A stretch of DNA of 64,000 nt, from positions 1,184,001-1,248,000 of the forward strand of contig CAVSNY010000007.1 of assembly GCA_963729605.1 (NCBI GenBank), given 5' to 3'. Every line of letters begins with the position of its first letter. Within the stretch, counting starts at the first letter, position 1. Below, one piece after another: positions 54,965 to 64,000 of the stretch. The notes beneath the pieces are model-generated. The model saw only the letters and a program-made list of their open reading frames with translations, had not been told where the DNA came from and did no database searches. This DNA comes from an uncultured Gammaproteobacteria bacterium. Its GTDB lineage: Bacteria; Pseudomonadota; Gammaproteobacteria; DRLM01. The translations under genes and the position numbers were made by a program.

Positions 54965-56232
54965 GGACGCAGTCCTCGATCGGTGCTGTCCCAGGCGCCG
55001 CGGCGGAACTGGCGCCGGTGGACGATGGCCTTGGGCAAGGCGACTACCGTGGTGATCACGCTCAGTATCCAATACGCCATGGGATACCAGATCATCCAAT
55101 AATAATATCTGCCCATGCGGCGTTCGTAGCGCGAATCGATGAGCAGGCTGACGCCGAATTGCAGCAGGCAAGTCGTGCCGAGGATCACGCCGTTCCAGCC
55201 GGGTATCAGCGAAGGCACCCGCAACCAGTCGGGAAGGGGGACCACGTATTGCAGGCCCCAGATCAGCGCGACCAGCGCCATGGAATAGGCCCAGAAGATG
55301 CTGACGATGTATTCAATGCAGACGCCCCACATGCGCCGCTTGCGCCAGGCGAACATATTACGGCCGTATTGCATCAGCGCCTCCATGCCGCCCTGCGCCC
55401 AGCGCAGGCGTTGCCGCCATAGGCCGCGCAAGGTTTCAGGCATCAGTATCCAGCATAGCGCGTTGGGTTCGAAACGGATGTCCCAGTGGTTGAGCTGCAT
55501 GCGCCAGCTGATGTCTATGTCGTCGGTGACGGTGTTGAGGCTCCAATACCCCGATTGGTGGAGCGCCGCCTTGCGGAAACCGGTGACCACGCCGGAGACG
55601 GTGAACACCCGGCCGTAGATGCGTTGCGCGCGTTTGATCATGCCGATGATGGCCGAGAATTCGCCCACTTGTATCTTGCCCAGCAGGGTGGAGCGGGTGC
55701 GGATGCGGGGATTGCCGGTGACGGCGCCGACCCGCGGACCGTTGAGCAAATGACTGATGATCCAAGTGATGGCGTGTTTGTCGAGTAAGGCATCGCCGTC
55801 GATGCAGATCAGATATTCGTTGGGCGACATCAGCGCGCCCATGCGCAGGGCCATCGACTTGCCTTGGTTTTCGGCGAGATGGATGACCCGCAGTTGTTGG
55901 TGGCTGGCGCTGAGGCGGTCCAGGATCGCCGCGGTATCGTCCTTGCTGCCGTCGTTGATCGCGATGATCTCGAAATCGGGATAGACGCTTTGCAGTAGAT
56001 ACATCACGGTCTCTTCGATAGTCGCCGCTTCGTTATAACAGGGCACGATGATGGAGACCGGCGGCGACTCGGGCAACTTGGGCAGGTCGGGTACCTTGTG
56101 ATGTTTGCCCATTTCCCAGTGATAGTAATAATAAAGCGCGCCGATCATCCACACGAAGGCCATGAACAAAGGATAATAAAACTGAAACTGGAACAGCCAC
56201 GATAAAGGACCGTTGGACATATCCGTCATCAT
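54961..56232 (-). CDS. pgaC: Poly-beta-1,6-GlcNAc synthase PgaC
   Basis: GT2 motifs PCYNE, DGSKD, DGD, QRLRWAQGG. Confidence 0.97.
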   Translation of the reverse strand: MMTDMSNGPLSWLFQFQFYYPLFMAFVWMIGALYYYYHWEMGKHHKVPDLPKLPESPPVSIIVPCYNEAATIEETVMYLLQSVYPDFEIIAINDGSKDDTAAILDRLSASHQQLRVIHLAENQGKSMALRMGALMSPNEYLICIDGDALLDKHAITWIISHLLNGPRVGAVTGNPRIRTRSTLLGKIQVGEFSAIIGMIKRAQRIYGRVFTVSGVVTGFRKAALHQSGYWSLNTVTDDIDISWRMQLNHWDIRFEPNALCWILMPETLRGLWRQRLRWAQGGMEALMQYGRNMFAWRKRRMWGVCIEYIVSIFWAYSMALVALIWGLQYVVPLPDWLRVPSLIPGWNGVILGTTCLLQFGVSLLIDSRYERRMGRYYYWMIWYPMAYWILSVITTVVALPKAIVHRRQFRRGAWDSTDRGLRP

Positions 56233-58170
56233 CTTTGCCTGTAAGGATTGGTGCTTAGGGAGAATTCGGGTTTGATCACCTCGACGGCGGGGTGATCATT
56301 GACGAAATCATCCGGGTAATAGCCGAAGTGGGTGACGCCTTTGCGCCGCAACAAGGCCATGTTCGCCGCGATCTCTTCGCTGTCGATCGGCGTTTTGGTG
56401 TTCCAGTCCACGCTCTGCAACTCGAAGAGGGTGCGCGGTAAGGCGCCGGGTATCGCCGCGACGCGATCGGCGAGTTCGGCCAGCCATTGCCGGGGCCGGG
56501 CCGCGTTTTCGAGATGGGGCATGGCCATGACGGCGGCGTAATCATAATGTTCGATGAAGGAGGGAAGCGATTGGGCGAACCAGGTCTCGGCGGCCGGGTT
56601 CATGATCACTTCCGCGTAGAGATTACGCGCGGTCTTGAGGTCGGGGCGGTATTGGCGCGCCTGTCGAGTGAGTTCAGCGGTGAAGTCGCTCAGAAATTGG
56701 GTTTTGTGTTTGGACCAGGCGGCGAGGGTCGCGGGCGAGGCATGGAGTTCGGCCATCGTCGCCGGCAGGTCCCATGCCTGTCGATAATGCTCGAACGCGG
56801 CGGGGCTGCTGTCTTCGTAATCGGCGAGATAGGCGTCGTCGTGAAAGAGGAGGCCGTCGAAGTCGGCATGTTTGGCAAGGTCCTGGTAAATCTCACCGAT
56901 CAGCTTTCTCACCTCCGGGTAAAAGGGCGATAGACGTCGATAAGAAGACTGCGCGGGCGCCGCGTTGACCGTCATGACGGACGGTCAACGCGGCGAGCGG
57001 GTGAGGTTCCGGCAGTTGATAGGCCAAGACCGGCAGCCAGGCATAGACCTTGACCAGGGCGCGGGTGCGCAGTTGATGCGCGGCGTGATTGAAGAGGTCC
57101 GCGCGCATCGGGAGATGCCGGTTGGGAAAATACAAGGCGGCGGCGTTGCCGTCGCCGTCCGGGTCGGCATAGGCCTGTAAAAATACCGTGTTGATCTCGA
57201 GTTTTTTGATGCGTTCTATGAGGAGTCCGAGGTTCTTGTTCTGTTGCACGGGATCGCTATCGTAAATGTAATCGAGATCGACATGCGCGACCCGCAGCGG
57301 CTGCGCGGCGGGTGTGCTGCGCAGCCGCCAGACGAAATCCGAAAGCCGGGTGCCGTGACGAATGAGATAGCGGGGAACCGTCTGTAAATGGGCGGTATCG
57401 CCGTGGCCGTCGGCGAGCGTCAGCGTGATGCTCAGGCCGAGCTGCTCGGCGATCGCGGCGGCATCCCGCGTGTAACTGCCGTAGGGCCAGGCCAGCGCGC
57501 GCGGTTTGCGGCCGAGACGTTGCTCGAATATTTGTATGCTACGTTTGAGGTCGTCGGTGATTCTGCGGTGATATTGCTCATCGGTTTCGTAACGCTTATT
57601 AACCGGGTCATAAAGTCGGGCGGCGGGCGCGGCCTGTACATTGCCTTGCGGATTAACGACGATGCCGCCGTGCAATTGATGGCTATGGCTGATGACTTCG
57701 ACCAAGCCGGATTTTTCCATTTCGCGCACTTGCTCCCAGTCCAGCAATTGCTCTCGCTTGAATTCTTCGTCGTCATAGGCGATCAGCGTGCCGGGCTTGG
57801 CTTCCATCCAACCGCTCACCAAGGCGAGCACCGCGGGATAATTGTAAAGTTTCAGCAACGGAAATACCCGGCTGTACATGCTCTGATAACCGTCGTCGAA
57901 ACTGAGCAGCACCGCTTTCTCAGGGAGGGCACGGCGGCCGTCGCGGGCGGCGAGCAGGTCAGAGAGACTGACGGGTTGATAGCCATGGCTCTTGAGCCAG
58001 GAAAATTGCGCGACCAGCTCGTCGCTGCCAATGGTGAGGGTGCGGCCGTTGAGTGGGACGGTGTCGCGGACATCGTGATAAGAAAATACCGTGAACGGCT
58101 CGCCGGCCGTGAGGGGGAAGGGTAAAGCGAACAGTAAAAGCGAACTCAGCACGATGCGCACGGCCTGCAT
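56229..58170 (-). pseudogene. pgaB: PNAG N-deacetylase PgaB, frameshifted near 56975-56984
   Basis: YHDV, FDDGY, HSHQLH, WPYG, HVDLDY, RADLF in the first ORF. RLSPF, LFHDDA, YYPDDF in the second. Confidence 0.9.
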
Positions 58171-58171
58171 C

Positions 58172-60598
58172 CTAGAATCTCCAGCGCAGGTTCAAATAAA
58201 GACGGGAGTGGGTTTCGTACACGCCGTCGTAGACGGGACGGCTCAAGGCGAGGCCGTAGATCAGGCCTAGCCTGTCGTACAGCCGCCACTCGTGTTCGTA
58301 GTTGACGCCGCCCACCGGTTTGCTGGAGAAACCGCTCGCGCTGTAAATGCCGAGGCTGAAACCCAGCCGATGGAGGAATGCCCGCGAGTAACGCCGGTTG
58401 ACCAACCATTCATTAAGCAGCGATACGTCGAGCGAGAGGTCGCTGGCGGGATTGTAGTACGAGGCGTTGTCGCGGGTATTGTTCGACGCGTAGGCGCCGA
58501 GACGACCGTCGAGTTTGTAACGCGGCCGCTGGATCAGGCGTTGAAAGGCGGAGGCGGTGGTGATCAGGCGCCGGTTGCCGTCGCTGAAGTCCAGTTGTTG
58601 CAGGCCCGCGGCGTAGGCGCGCGATTCGTGGACGCGATATTCGGCGCCGACGCCCAGCGACCAGCCGTCGATGTCTTCGTTGAGGCGGCCGCGCAACGGC
58701 GCTTCGTTGCTGTAGCTGTCATAGTGGGCGTTGAAGCGCCAGTGATCGTCGGCCAGCCAACTGCCGCGCAAGGCCACGCCCAGACCGGTGTCGCGCCGGG
58801 AACCCTCGGACAATTCGCCGGTGAGTTCGACGTCGCGGGCCCGGTATTCCAGACCCGCGCCGAAGCGATGATAAGTCCCTTTGCCTTCGGGAAAGGTCGA
58901 TTGCGCGAAGTGGTCGTGAGCGAATACGCGATAGTGGATACGCTGCGGTCGAGAATAGAGACGGGTATCGAGCGCCAAATCTCTGCTGCCCACTTGAGTG
59001 CCGTTGCTGTACGTAGTGGCTGCCTGTATCGATAATTCGCGCTGGTTGTGAATCTCCCAACTGCGCCGCAGTGGGTTTGTTTGTACATCGTCCCGATAGT
59101 CGTCATTCACTTGAGCGATGAGGGTATCGGCGCCGCGAAGATCGTTCACGGTACGTAAGGCGTCGATTTCGCCCAGGCGTGCGCTCAGCAGGCCGGGTTC
59201 GATGGCGAGGCCGATGCGGAATTGTTCCAGGGCGCGCCGCGGCCAGCCCCGCCATAAATAGACATAACCCAGTTCGGCGTGCAGATGCGGATTGTTGGGC
59301 GCGGTGCGGGCGAGATTTTCATAGCGGTGTTGCGCATCGGCCAGATCTTCGCCCCAGGCGCGGGCCAAGGCGGCGTTACGCGCGGTGCGCAGTTGCAGGT
59401 CGGGATCGGTCTGTTCCGCGGCAAGGATGTCGATAATGTCGTAGGCGCGTTCCTGCTGATTGAGGTCGAAGTAGGTATAGAAGAGCGCCATGCGCAATTG
59501 AAAATCGTCCGGCCGGCGCTGTAACAATTCGCTGTACAAGTCGCGGGCGCGTTCGGGTTGCCGCGTGTTGAGATAGGCGTCGGCCGCCGCCTGGGTGACG
59601 TAATCGGGTATGGCCCCGTCCGAAGTCGGCAGTTCTTCATAGAGCTGAATGGCGTCTTGCGACCGCTCGCGGATACGGAGGGCGACTACCAGATCGTAGC
59701 GGGCGCGTTGCGCCAAGGGTGTGTCGCCCTCGCCGCGTCGTTCGAGGCGCGTCAATGCGTCTTGCAGCAGCGCGATGGCGCGATCGGTGTCGTCGAAACG
59801 CTCAGCGGGGAGGGGATGATAGAGATCGTTCCAGCGGATATATTTGGTGGCGGCGTCGATGGCGAATCCGTCGAGCTCATTTTCCGAAAACAGCTCAGGA
59901 CGTTCGCGCGCCATGTCCAAGGCCAGCGGCGCCGCGCCCAAGCGGGCGGTCAATAAGATTCGCTGTCGGCGCGCCTCGCGGTCTTCCGGTTGGACGGCGA
60001 GCAGACGATCATAGGCCGCGATGGCCTCGAACCATTGCTGGTCGTTGCGATAACTGTAAGCCAGCGCTTCCAGAACCGCGGCGTCGGTGGGGCGCCGCTG
60101 CGACACAGGTTTCAACAGTTCCAGTGCTTCCTTGGCCTGGCCCTGGTCGCTTAGGCTCTTGGCCAGTCCGATGATGTTGTCGATCCGGTCGGGGGCACGC
60201 TGCACCGCCATGCGGTAATACTCGATGGCTCGAGCCGGATCGCCCACGCCGCGCGCGGCGCGACCCAGACTTTCCAATACATAGGCCGGGGTCTCCGGCA
60301 AACGCAGTCGGGGCGCCTGATCGAGCGCGTCCTGATAACGTTCAGCCCAGCTCAATACGGCGATGTAATCGTGGAGATATTCGCGCCGGCCGGGATAGGC
60401 CGCTCTCAGTTCACGGAGCAAGGGCAGTGCCGCATCGTTTTGGCCGTCGCGAGCCAACTGGATGGCCTTTTGATGTTTCAACGCCGCCCCGCTCGGTGCG
60501 GCGAGCGAACAGGGCGGCACGAAGAGGAGCAAAAGTAGTAAGAAGACACAAGGGTGCCGGCGCCGATAGCGGATGAGGGTAAGAGATGCTAAAGCCAT
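58172..60598 (-). CDS. pgaA: PNAG export porin PgaA
   Basis: Signal peptide, TPR region, RGWPRRA, YYNP, beta-barrel ending in WRF. First gene of the pga operon. Confidence 0.93.
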   Translation of the reverse strand: MALASLTLIRYRRRHPCVFLLLLLLFVPPCSLAAPSGAALKHQKAIQLARDGQNDAALPLLRELRAAYPGRREYLHDYIAVLSWAERYQDALDQAPRLRLPETPAYVLESLGRAARGVGDPARAIEYYRMAVQRAPDRIDNIIGLAKSLSDQGQAKEALELLKPVSQRRPTDAAVLEALAYSYRNDQQWFEAIAAYDRLLAVQPEDREARRQRILLTARLGAAPLALDMARERPELFSENELDGFAIDAATKYIRWNDLYHPLPAERFDDTDRAIALLQDALTRLERRGEGDTPLAQRARYDLVVALRIRERSQDAIQLYEELPTSDGAIPDYVTQAAADAYLNTRQPERARDLYSELLQRRPDDFQLRMALFYTYFDLNQQERAYDIIDILAAEQTDPDLQLRTARNAALARAWGEDLADAQHRYENLARTAPNNPHLHAELGYVYLWRGWPRRALEQFRIGLAIEPGLLSARLGEIDALRTVNDLRGADTLIAQVNDDYRDDVQTNPLRRSWEIHNQRELSIQAATTYSNGTQVGSRDLALDTRLYSRPQRIHYRVFAHDHFAQSTFPEGKGTYHRFGAGLEYRARDVELTGELSEGSRRDTGLGVALRGSWLADDHWRFNAHYDSYSNEAPLRGRLNEDIDGWSLGVGAEYRVHESRAYAAGLQQLDFSDGNRRLITTASAFQRLIQRPRYKLDGRLGAYASNNTRDNASYYNPASDLSLDVSLLNEWLVNRRYSRAFLHRLGFSLGIYSASGFSSKPVGGVNYEHEWRLYDRLGLIYGLALSRPVYDGVYETHSRLYLNLRWRF

Positions 60599-61029
60599 AT
60601 TGATGTTTCTGATTGCTTTGCCGGCCGAATGATTTCGAGGGGATCGAGCATTGATGGGCTGCTACGCCCGTTGGTCGCTTCAGTAAGGTTTGCGGCGGGC
60701 CCGCCTTGGTCGCGGTTCCGATTGGTAATAAAGGCGAGGAATACCAATTATTGTGCTTGGGTTATTTAGGTTGTTAATGCGTCGCTATGCGCGACGGTGG
60801 ATCGTTGATGAAGAGAGTACACAAATAGAGTATAGCGTTTCCTCCGATGAAGATAGAACTGCTTTTAGATTGTAGAAAGAAACTTGCGAAATTGCATAGA
60901 GAGAAAAGGGCGCTATTGCAGAAATTATCCGGAGTCCGTTCTTAAAAAGCTGATCGCGAAAGCAGGTGCTAGGTATTTTCCGTGAACCCCGTCGATTGAC
61001 TAACCCTGCTTTTCCACCTTTAATATTAA

Positions 61030-61067
61030 GGAAGCTCTGAATAATTCTATCCTGGAATTTTCAGAGC
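61030..61067. repeat. Short palindrome resembling an IS5-like/MITE end
   Basis: GGAAGCTCTGAATAATTC...GAATTTTCAGAGC preceded by TTAA, similar to the MITE ends at 6055. Confidence 0.4.
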
Positions 61068-61109
61068 ACGGAAGTTGAGACTCAGCAACCACGCCAGGAG
61101 GCCCAGGTC

Positions 61110-61412
61110 ATGAAGATACGCCATATGGTTTTCGGCATCGCTATTTCCATGTTTTTCGCGGGAACGAGTTGGGCGCAAAACAGCAACACCAATACCCAAA
61201 GTAATATGCAGGGTAATTCGCAAAACTTCGGTAACAGTTCGTTTAGCTTCTCGAACGGCAATGTCTCCATCTCGCAAAGCAATACCAATAATTCATTCTG
61301 CCAATTTTTCAGTTTCTCATCCGGCTTGACCCGAATCGTGCAGATTATTCAGGGTAATTCGATGACCCAAGTTTTTGGTAACTCGGGCACGGTGACGGAT
61401 CCTTGTAATTAA
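61110..61412 (+). CDS. Small secreted N/Q/S-rich protein
   Basis: AGGAGG RBS, Sec signal ending SWA, low-complexity mature region with two Cys. Confidence 0.75.
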   Translation: MKIRHMVFGIAISMFFAGTSWAQNSNTNTQSNMQGNSQNFGNSSFSFSNGNVSISQSNTNNSFCQFFSFSSGLTRIVQIIQGNSMTQVFGNSGTVTDPCN

Positions 61413-61581
61413 ATCGACGGCGGGAGTAGCGGCTGTCGTTTCTTGACGACGCGGATTTTCGCGGGATCGAACGTAGTGCATGCGGAAATGACCAAGCCCT
61501 TTGATGGTGCGTGGCGGCGTCTTGCATTGACTCTTATATATAGAGTAGAGGCTGTTTATTAGCGCCGTTGGGGTGGTGCGC

Positions 61582-61788
61582 TTAGTCCAAACGGAATCCC
61601 ACCCTCAAACTGACTTGATAACAAGTCACTTTGCCGTTTTGAATGGTGCCGCGGGTTTCGATCACTTCGAACCAATCGAGATTGCGCAGGGTGTCGGCGG
61701 CGCGGTTGATGGCGTTTTGAATGGCGTCGTCCGAACTCTTGCTCGAGGTGCCGACCAAGTCGATGAGTTTGTAGACCTTGTCTGTCAT
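61582..61788 (-). CDS. Dodecin (flavin-binding)
   Basis: VYKLIDLVGTS..AIQNAI..A..TLRNLDWFEV..YQVSLRVGF. Confidence 0.95.
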   Translation of the reverse strand: MTDKVYKLIDLVGTSSKSSDDAIQNAINRAADTLRNLDWFEVIETRGTIQNGKVTCYQVSLRVGFRLD

Positions 61789-62061
61789 GGTGTCGCTCCC
61801 GCGGATGGCTGAAGATGGGTGTAACGGCTTGTTACTGAGTATAGGCGGCGATTTGATGATTGTCCGCGAAAGATCGCGGTTCATGGGTGTGAGTTGGCGC
61901 CGGCGCGGGGGTGAGCGGTGGCGCTTAGGAATGTCGCCGTTGGATGTGGCTAACGACAATATCTGGGTAATTCTTATGGGAGTTAACAACGATCGCGAAT
62001 GTCGCATCAGGGCGAAGGGTGCCGAATGAAACAACGGCTGAGCGCCTCGCGGCGCTCGGCG

Positions 62062-62625
62062 TCATACTCCCGTGTCTTCGCGGGCGATGGCCCTGAGTTC
62101 TTTCTTATCCTCTGGCATATTCTCGGGGACCGGGGCGATGTCGGCTCGGGGAATAGGCAGGACCGAGGTTTCACCGCAGTTGCTTACCAAGAGGGTGGGC
62201 GGTTCCATGGAAAAGGTGAAGGGCGCGGCCTGTTTCAAGGTGCTGATACCGAGTATGTGACGGGTGTTGCCGGCGAAAACCGCCGCCTCGACGTTTTTGA
62301 AGGTGCAGCGGTCGCCGATGCTCATCTCAGCGATCTGGTAGACCGGCACGATCTTTTTACTGCCGTCCGCCATGATGCCGGTGAGATCTTTAATATAGGT
62401 CGCCGCACCCTTTTGACGCAGCACGGCCAGTGCTTCTTCATTGATGATGGTGTAACTCGATCCGGTGTCTACCATCAAATCGACGGCACCGTAGCCGGTG
62501 AAGTAACCGTCCACGTAATAAGTGGAGGCCGTGCTTAAACGCATCGGAATGGTCTGATCCATCGGCCCGGCGTGAACGGTTTGGCCGGCCAGGGTGAAAA
62601 TGAGCATAACTAAGGTGGTTTTCAA
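62062..62625 (-). CDS. Secreted retropepsin-like aspartic protease
   Basis: Signal peptide, MVDTGSS, MADG, ILGISTL. Confidence 0.85.
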   Translation of the reverse strand: MKTTLVMLIFTLAGQTVHAGPMDQTIPMRLSTASTYYVDGYFTGYGAVDLMVDTGSSYTIINEEALAVLRQKGAATYIKDLTGIMADGSKKIVPVYQIAEMSIGDRCTFKNVEAAVFAGNTRHILGISTLKQAAPFTFSMEPPTLLVSNCGETSVLPIPRADIAPVPENMPEDKKELRAIAREDTGV

Positions 62626-62672
62626 TAAAATACTCCCCGCAGATAATGGATAGAGCTCCTATGAAAACAGGC

Positions 62673-62687
62673 GCAAACACTATGCCA
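62673..62687 (-). promoter_or_regulatory. sigma54 promoter of the aspartic protease gene
   Basis: TGGCAT-AGTGT-TTGC, near consensus. Confidence 0.7.
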
Positions 62688-62961
62688 GCGATGATCAGTT
62701 CGGCGTTTCGCGCGCATGCTCTATGATTGTCTCTCTCCGACTACGTTCAATAGTTCATGGGAATCATAACTTTGATTCCAGTTTATTCAAATATTGTCCC
62801 CATTTGGCGACAGCCGTTGGGGAGTGATCCGCCCGTTTTTATGACAAGCCTATGAGAAATATATTTTTTATAGGGCGGGCATGTTTGCTGCAAATTTAAG
62901 GGCTGTACTCTCAAATTCTCTAGCGGCGGCGGTATTGGTGCCCGCAAGACAGGAGTCGTTT

Positions 62962-63255
62962 ATGAAAAAGCCAATGATATTGTTGACAGGGATCGCACTC
63001 ACCTCCGGCTTAATAATAATGAGTGGCGGCGCGAGCGCCGAAGAACTGGCGCCAGGCAACAAACAATTGACGGAAGAGACACAGCGGAAATTTTCCCAAC
63101 TGGACGTCAATCGCGACGGGTATATCAACAAGGACGAGGCGCAGCAGGCCCCCGCGCTGCTGGCGAAATTTTCCAAACTGGACCGGAACGAGGACAAGCG
63201 GGTGGATGAAGGCGAGTTCGCGCGTTTCGAGGTGACCGACCCGGTCAATCAATAA
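62962..63255 (+). CDS. Secreted EF-hand protein
   Basis: Signal peptide, DVNRDGYINKDE and DRNEDKRVDEGE loops. Confidence 0.85.
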   Translation: MKKPMILLTGIALTSGLIIMSGGASAEELAPGNKQLTEETQRKFSQLDVNRDGYINKDEAQQAPALLAKFSKLDRNEDKRVDEGEFARFEVTDPVNQ

Positions 63256-63301
63256 GCTGAGGACGTAAGCATATTCTCACGGCTCTAGCGGCCAGCCGGC
63301 G

Positions 63302-64000
63302 TCAGGGCGCTTTTTCTTCGGCGCGGGTATGGGACCTGAGGAACAACGAAGGGTCCACGCGTGCGTTATTGAGACTGACTCCCCAATGGAGGTGAGGCCC
63401 GGTGGCGCGTCCGGTCTGGCCGACGCTGCCCAGCACCGCGCCGCGGCGGAGTGTTTGGCCGGGTTTGACGTCGATGCGCTGCAAGTGGCAATACATCGTG
63501 ATCAAGCCTTGGCCGTGATCGAGCAACACGGTATTGCCGTTGAAAAAATAATCGCCGGTGGCGATCACCCGGCCGTCGGCGGGGGCATGCACCGGCGTGC
63601 CGGCCGGGGCGGCGATGTCGAGCCCGCTGTGCGGATTGCGCGGCTGGTCATTGAAATAACGGCGTAAGCCGAAAGGACTGCTCAGCGGACCGTCGGTGGG
63701 CAAATCGAATTGCAAAGGCACCTCGGCTTGTTCATTGAACGCGGCGAAGGCGGCGTCCATTTCCTGCCTTTCGCGGTTAATGCGTTTTAAATCGTCAGGA
63801 GCGGGTTCCACTTTGCGCTGATCCTTGATAATCAGACGCTGGGTGGCGTATTGCTTGTCCTGGACGACGAAATTCACCGTGGTTTCCGTCGCGTTGTCTT
63901 CGTGAATTTTCAAGGTTTGTTCGCCGACCGGTGTCTCGAGCGGCAGACCGACCACCGCCAGCCAGTCCTGTTCGTTGCGCATCACCAATACCCGGTTGCC
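63302..64000 (-). CDS. M23 family peptidoglycan endopeptidase (5' end outside the window)
   Basis: HSGLD, YCHL, TGPHLH. Confidence 0.93.
   Translation of the reverse strand, partial: GNRVLVMRNEQDWLAVVGLPLETPVGEQTLKIHEDNATETTVNFVVQDKQYATQRLIIKDQRKVEPAPDDLKRINRERQEMDAAFAAFNEQAEVPLQFDLPTDGPLSSPFGLRRYFNDQPRNPHSGLDIAAPAGTPVHAPADGRVIATGDYFFNGNTVLLDHGQGLITMYCHLQRIDVKPGQTLRRGAVLGSVGQTGRATGPHLHWGVSLNNARVDPSLFLRSHTRAEEKAP

Noticed and set aside
61789-62034. N-terminal extension of dodecin in the 150 aa ORF
   Set aside because: Dodecins are about 70 aa, and ATG 61788 has a GGGAG RBS and gives the canonical N-terminus.

Overview
A 64 kb chromosomal window from a GC-rich gammaproteobacterium, possibly a draft or metagenomic assembly because several genes, including the essential alaS, carry frameshifts. 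Most of it is core backbone: epmB-efp-epmA, psd, cinA-thpR-recA-recX-alaS-lysC-csrA-tRNA-Ser/tRNA-Arg, addB-fdxA-mutS, suhB-trmJ-cysE-iscR-iscS-iscA and ndk-rlmN-pilW-rodZ-hisS-yfgM-bamB-der. The most unusual part is an AT-rich island at about 26.5-29.1 kb that the ORF track does not explain. It is a decayed integron with two canonical attC sites, an attI-like site and a short intI N-terminal remnant. Its cassettes encode a TIR-domain protein, a Cys-rich hypothetical protein and a Trypco2-like protein. The island is broken at three copies of an AAATAAATCTGTCCC repeat, which suggests a second mobilisation system acting on the integron. Other notable items: a TtrS-like sensor fused to PAS/GAF/GGDEF/EAL, a PEP-CTERM gene inside the tRNA cluster, a cfa-like methyltransferase plus FAD reductase pair (likely 10-methyl fatty acid synthesis), a pgaABCD operon whose pgaB frameshift sits inside a palindrome, a divergent N/Q/S-rich secreted amyloid-like protein, and an IS5-like MITE. 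All family assignments come from motif recognition by eye; no searches were run.
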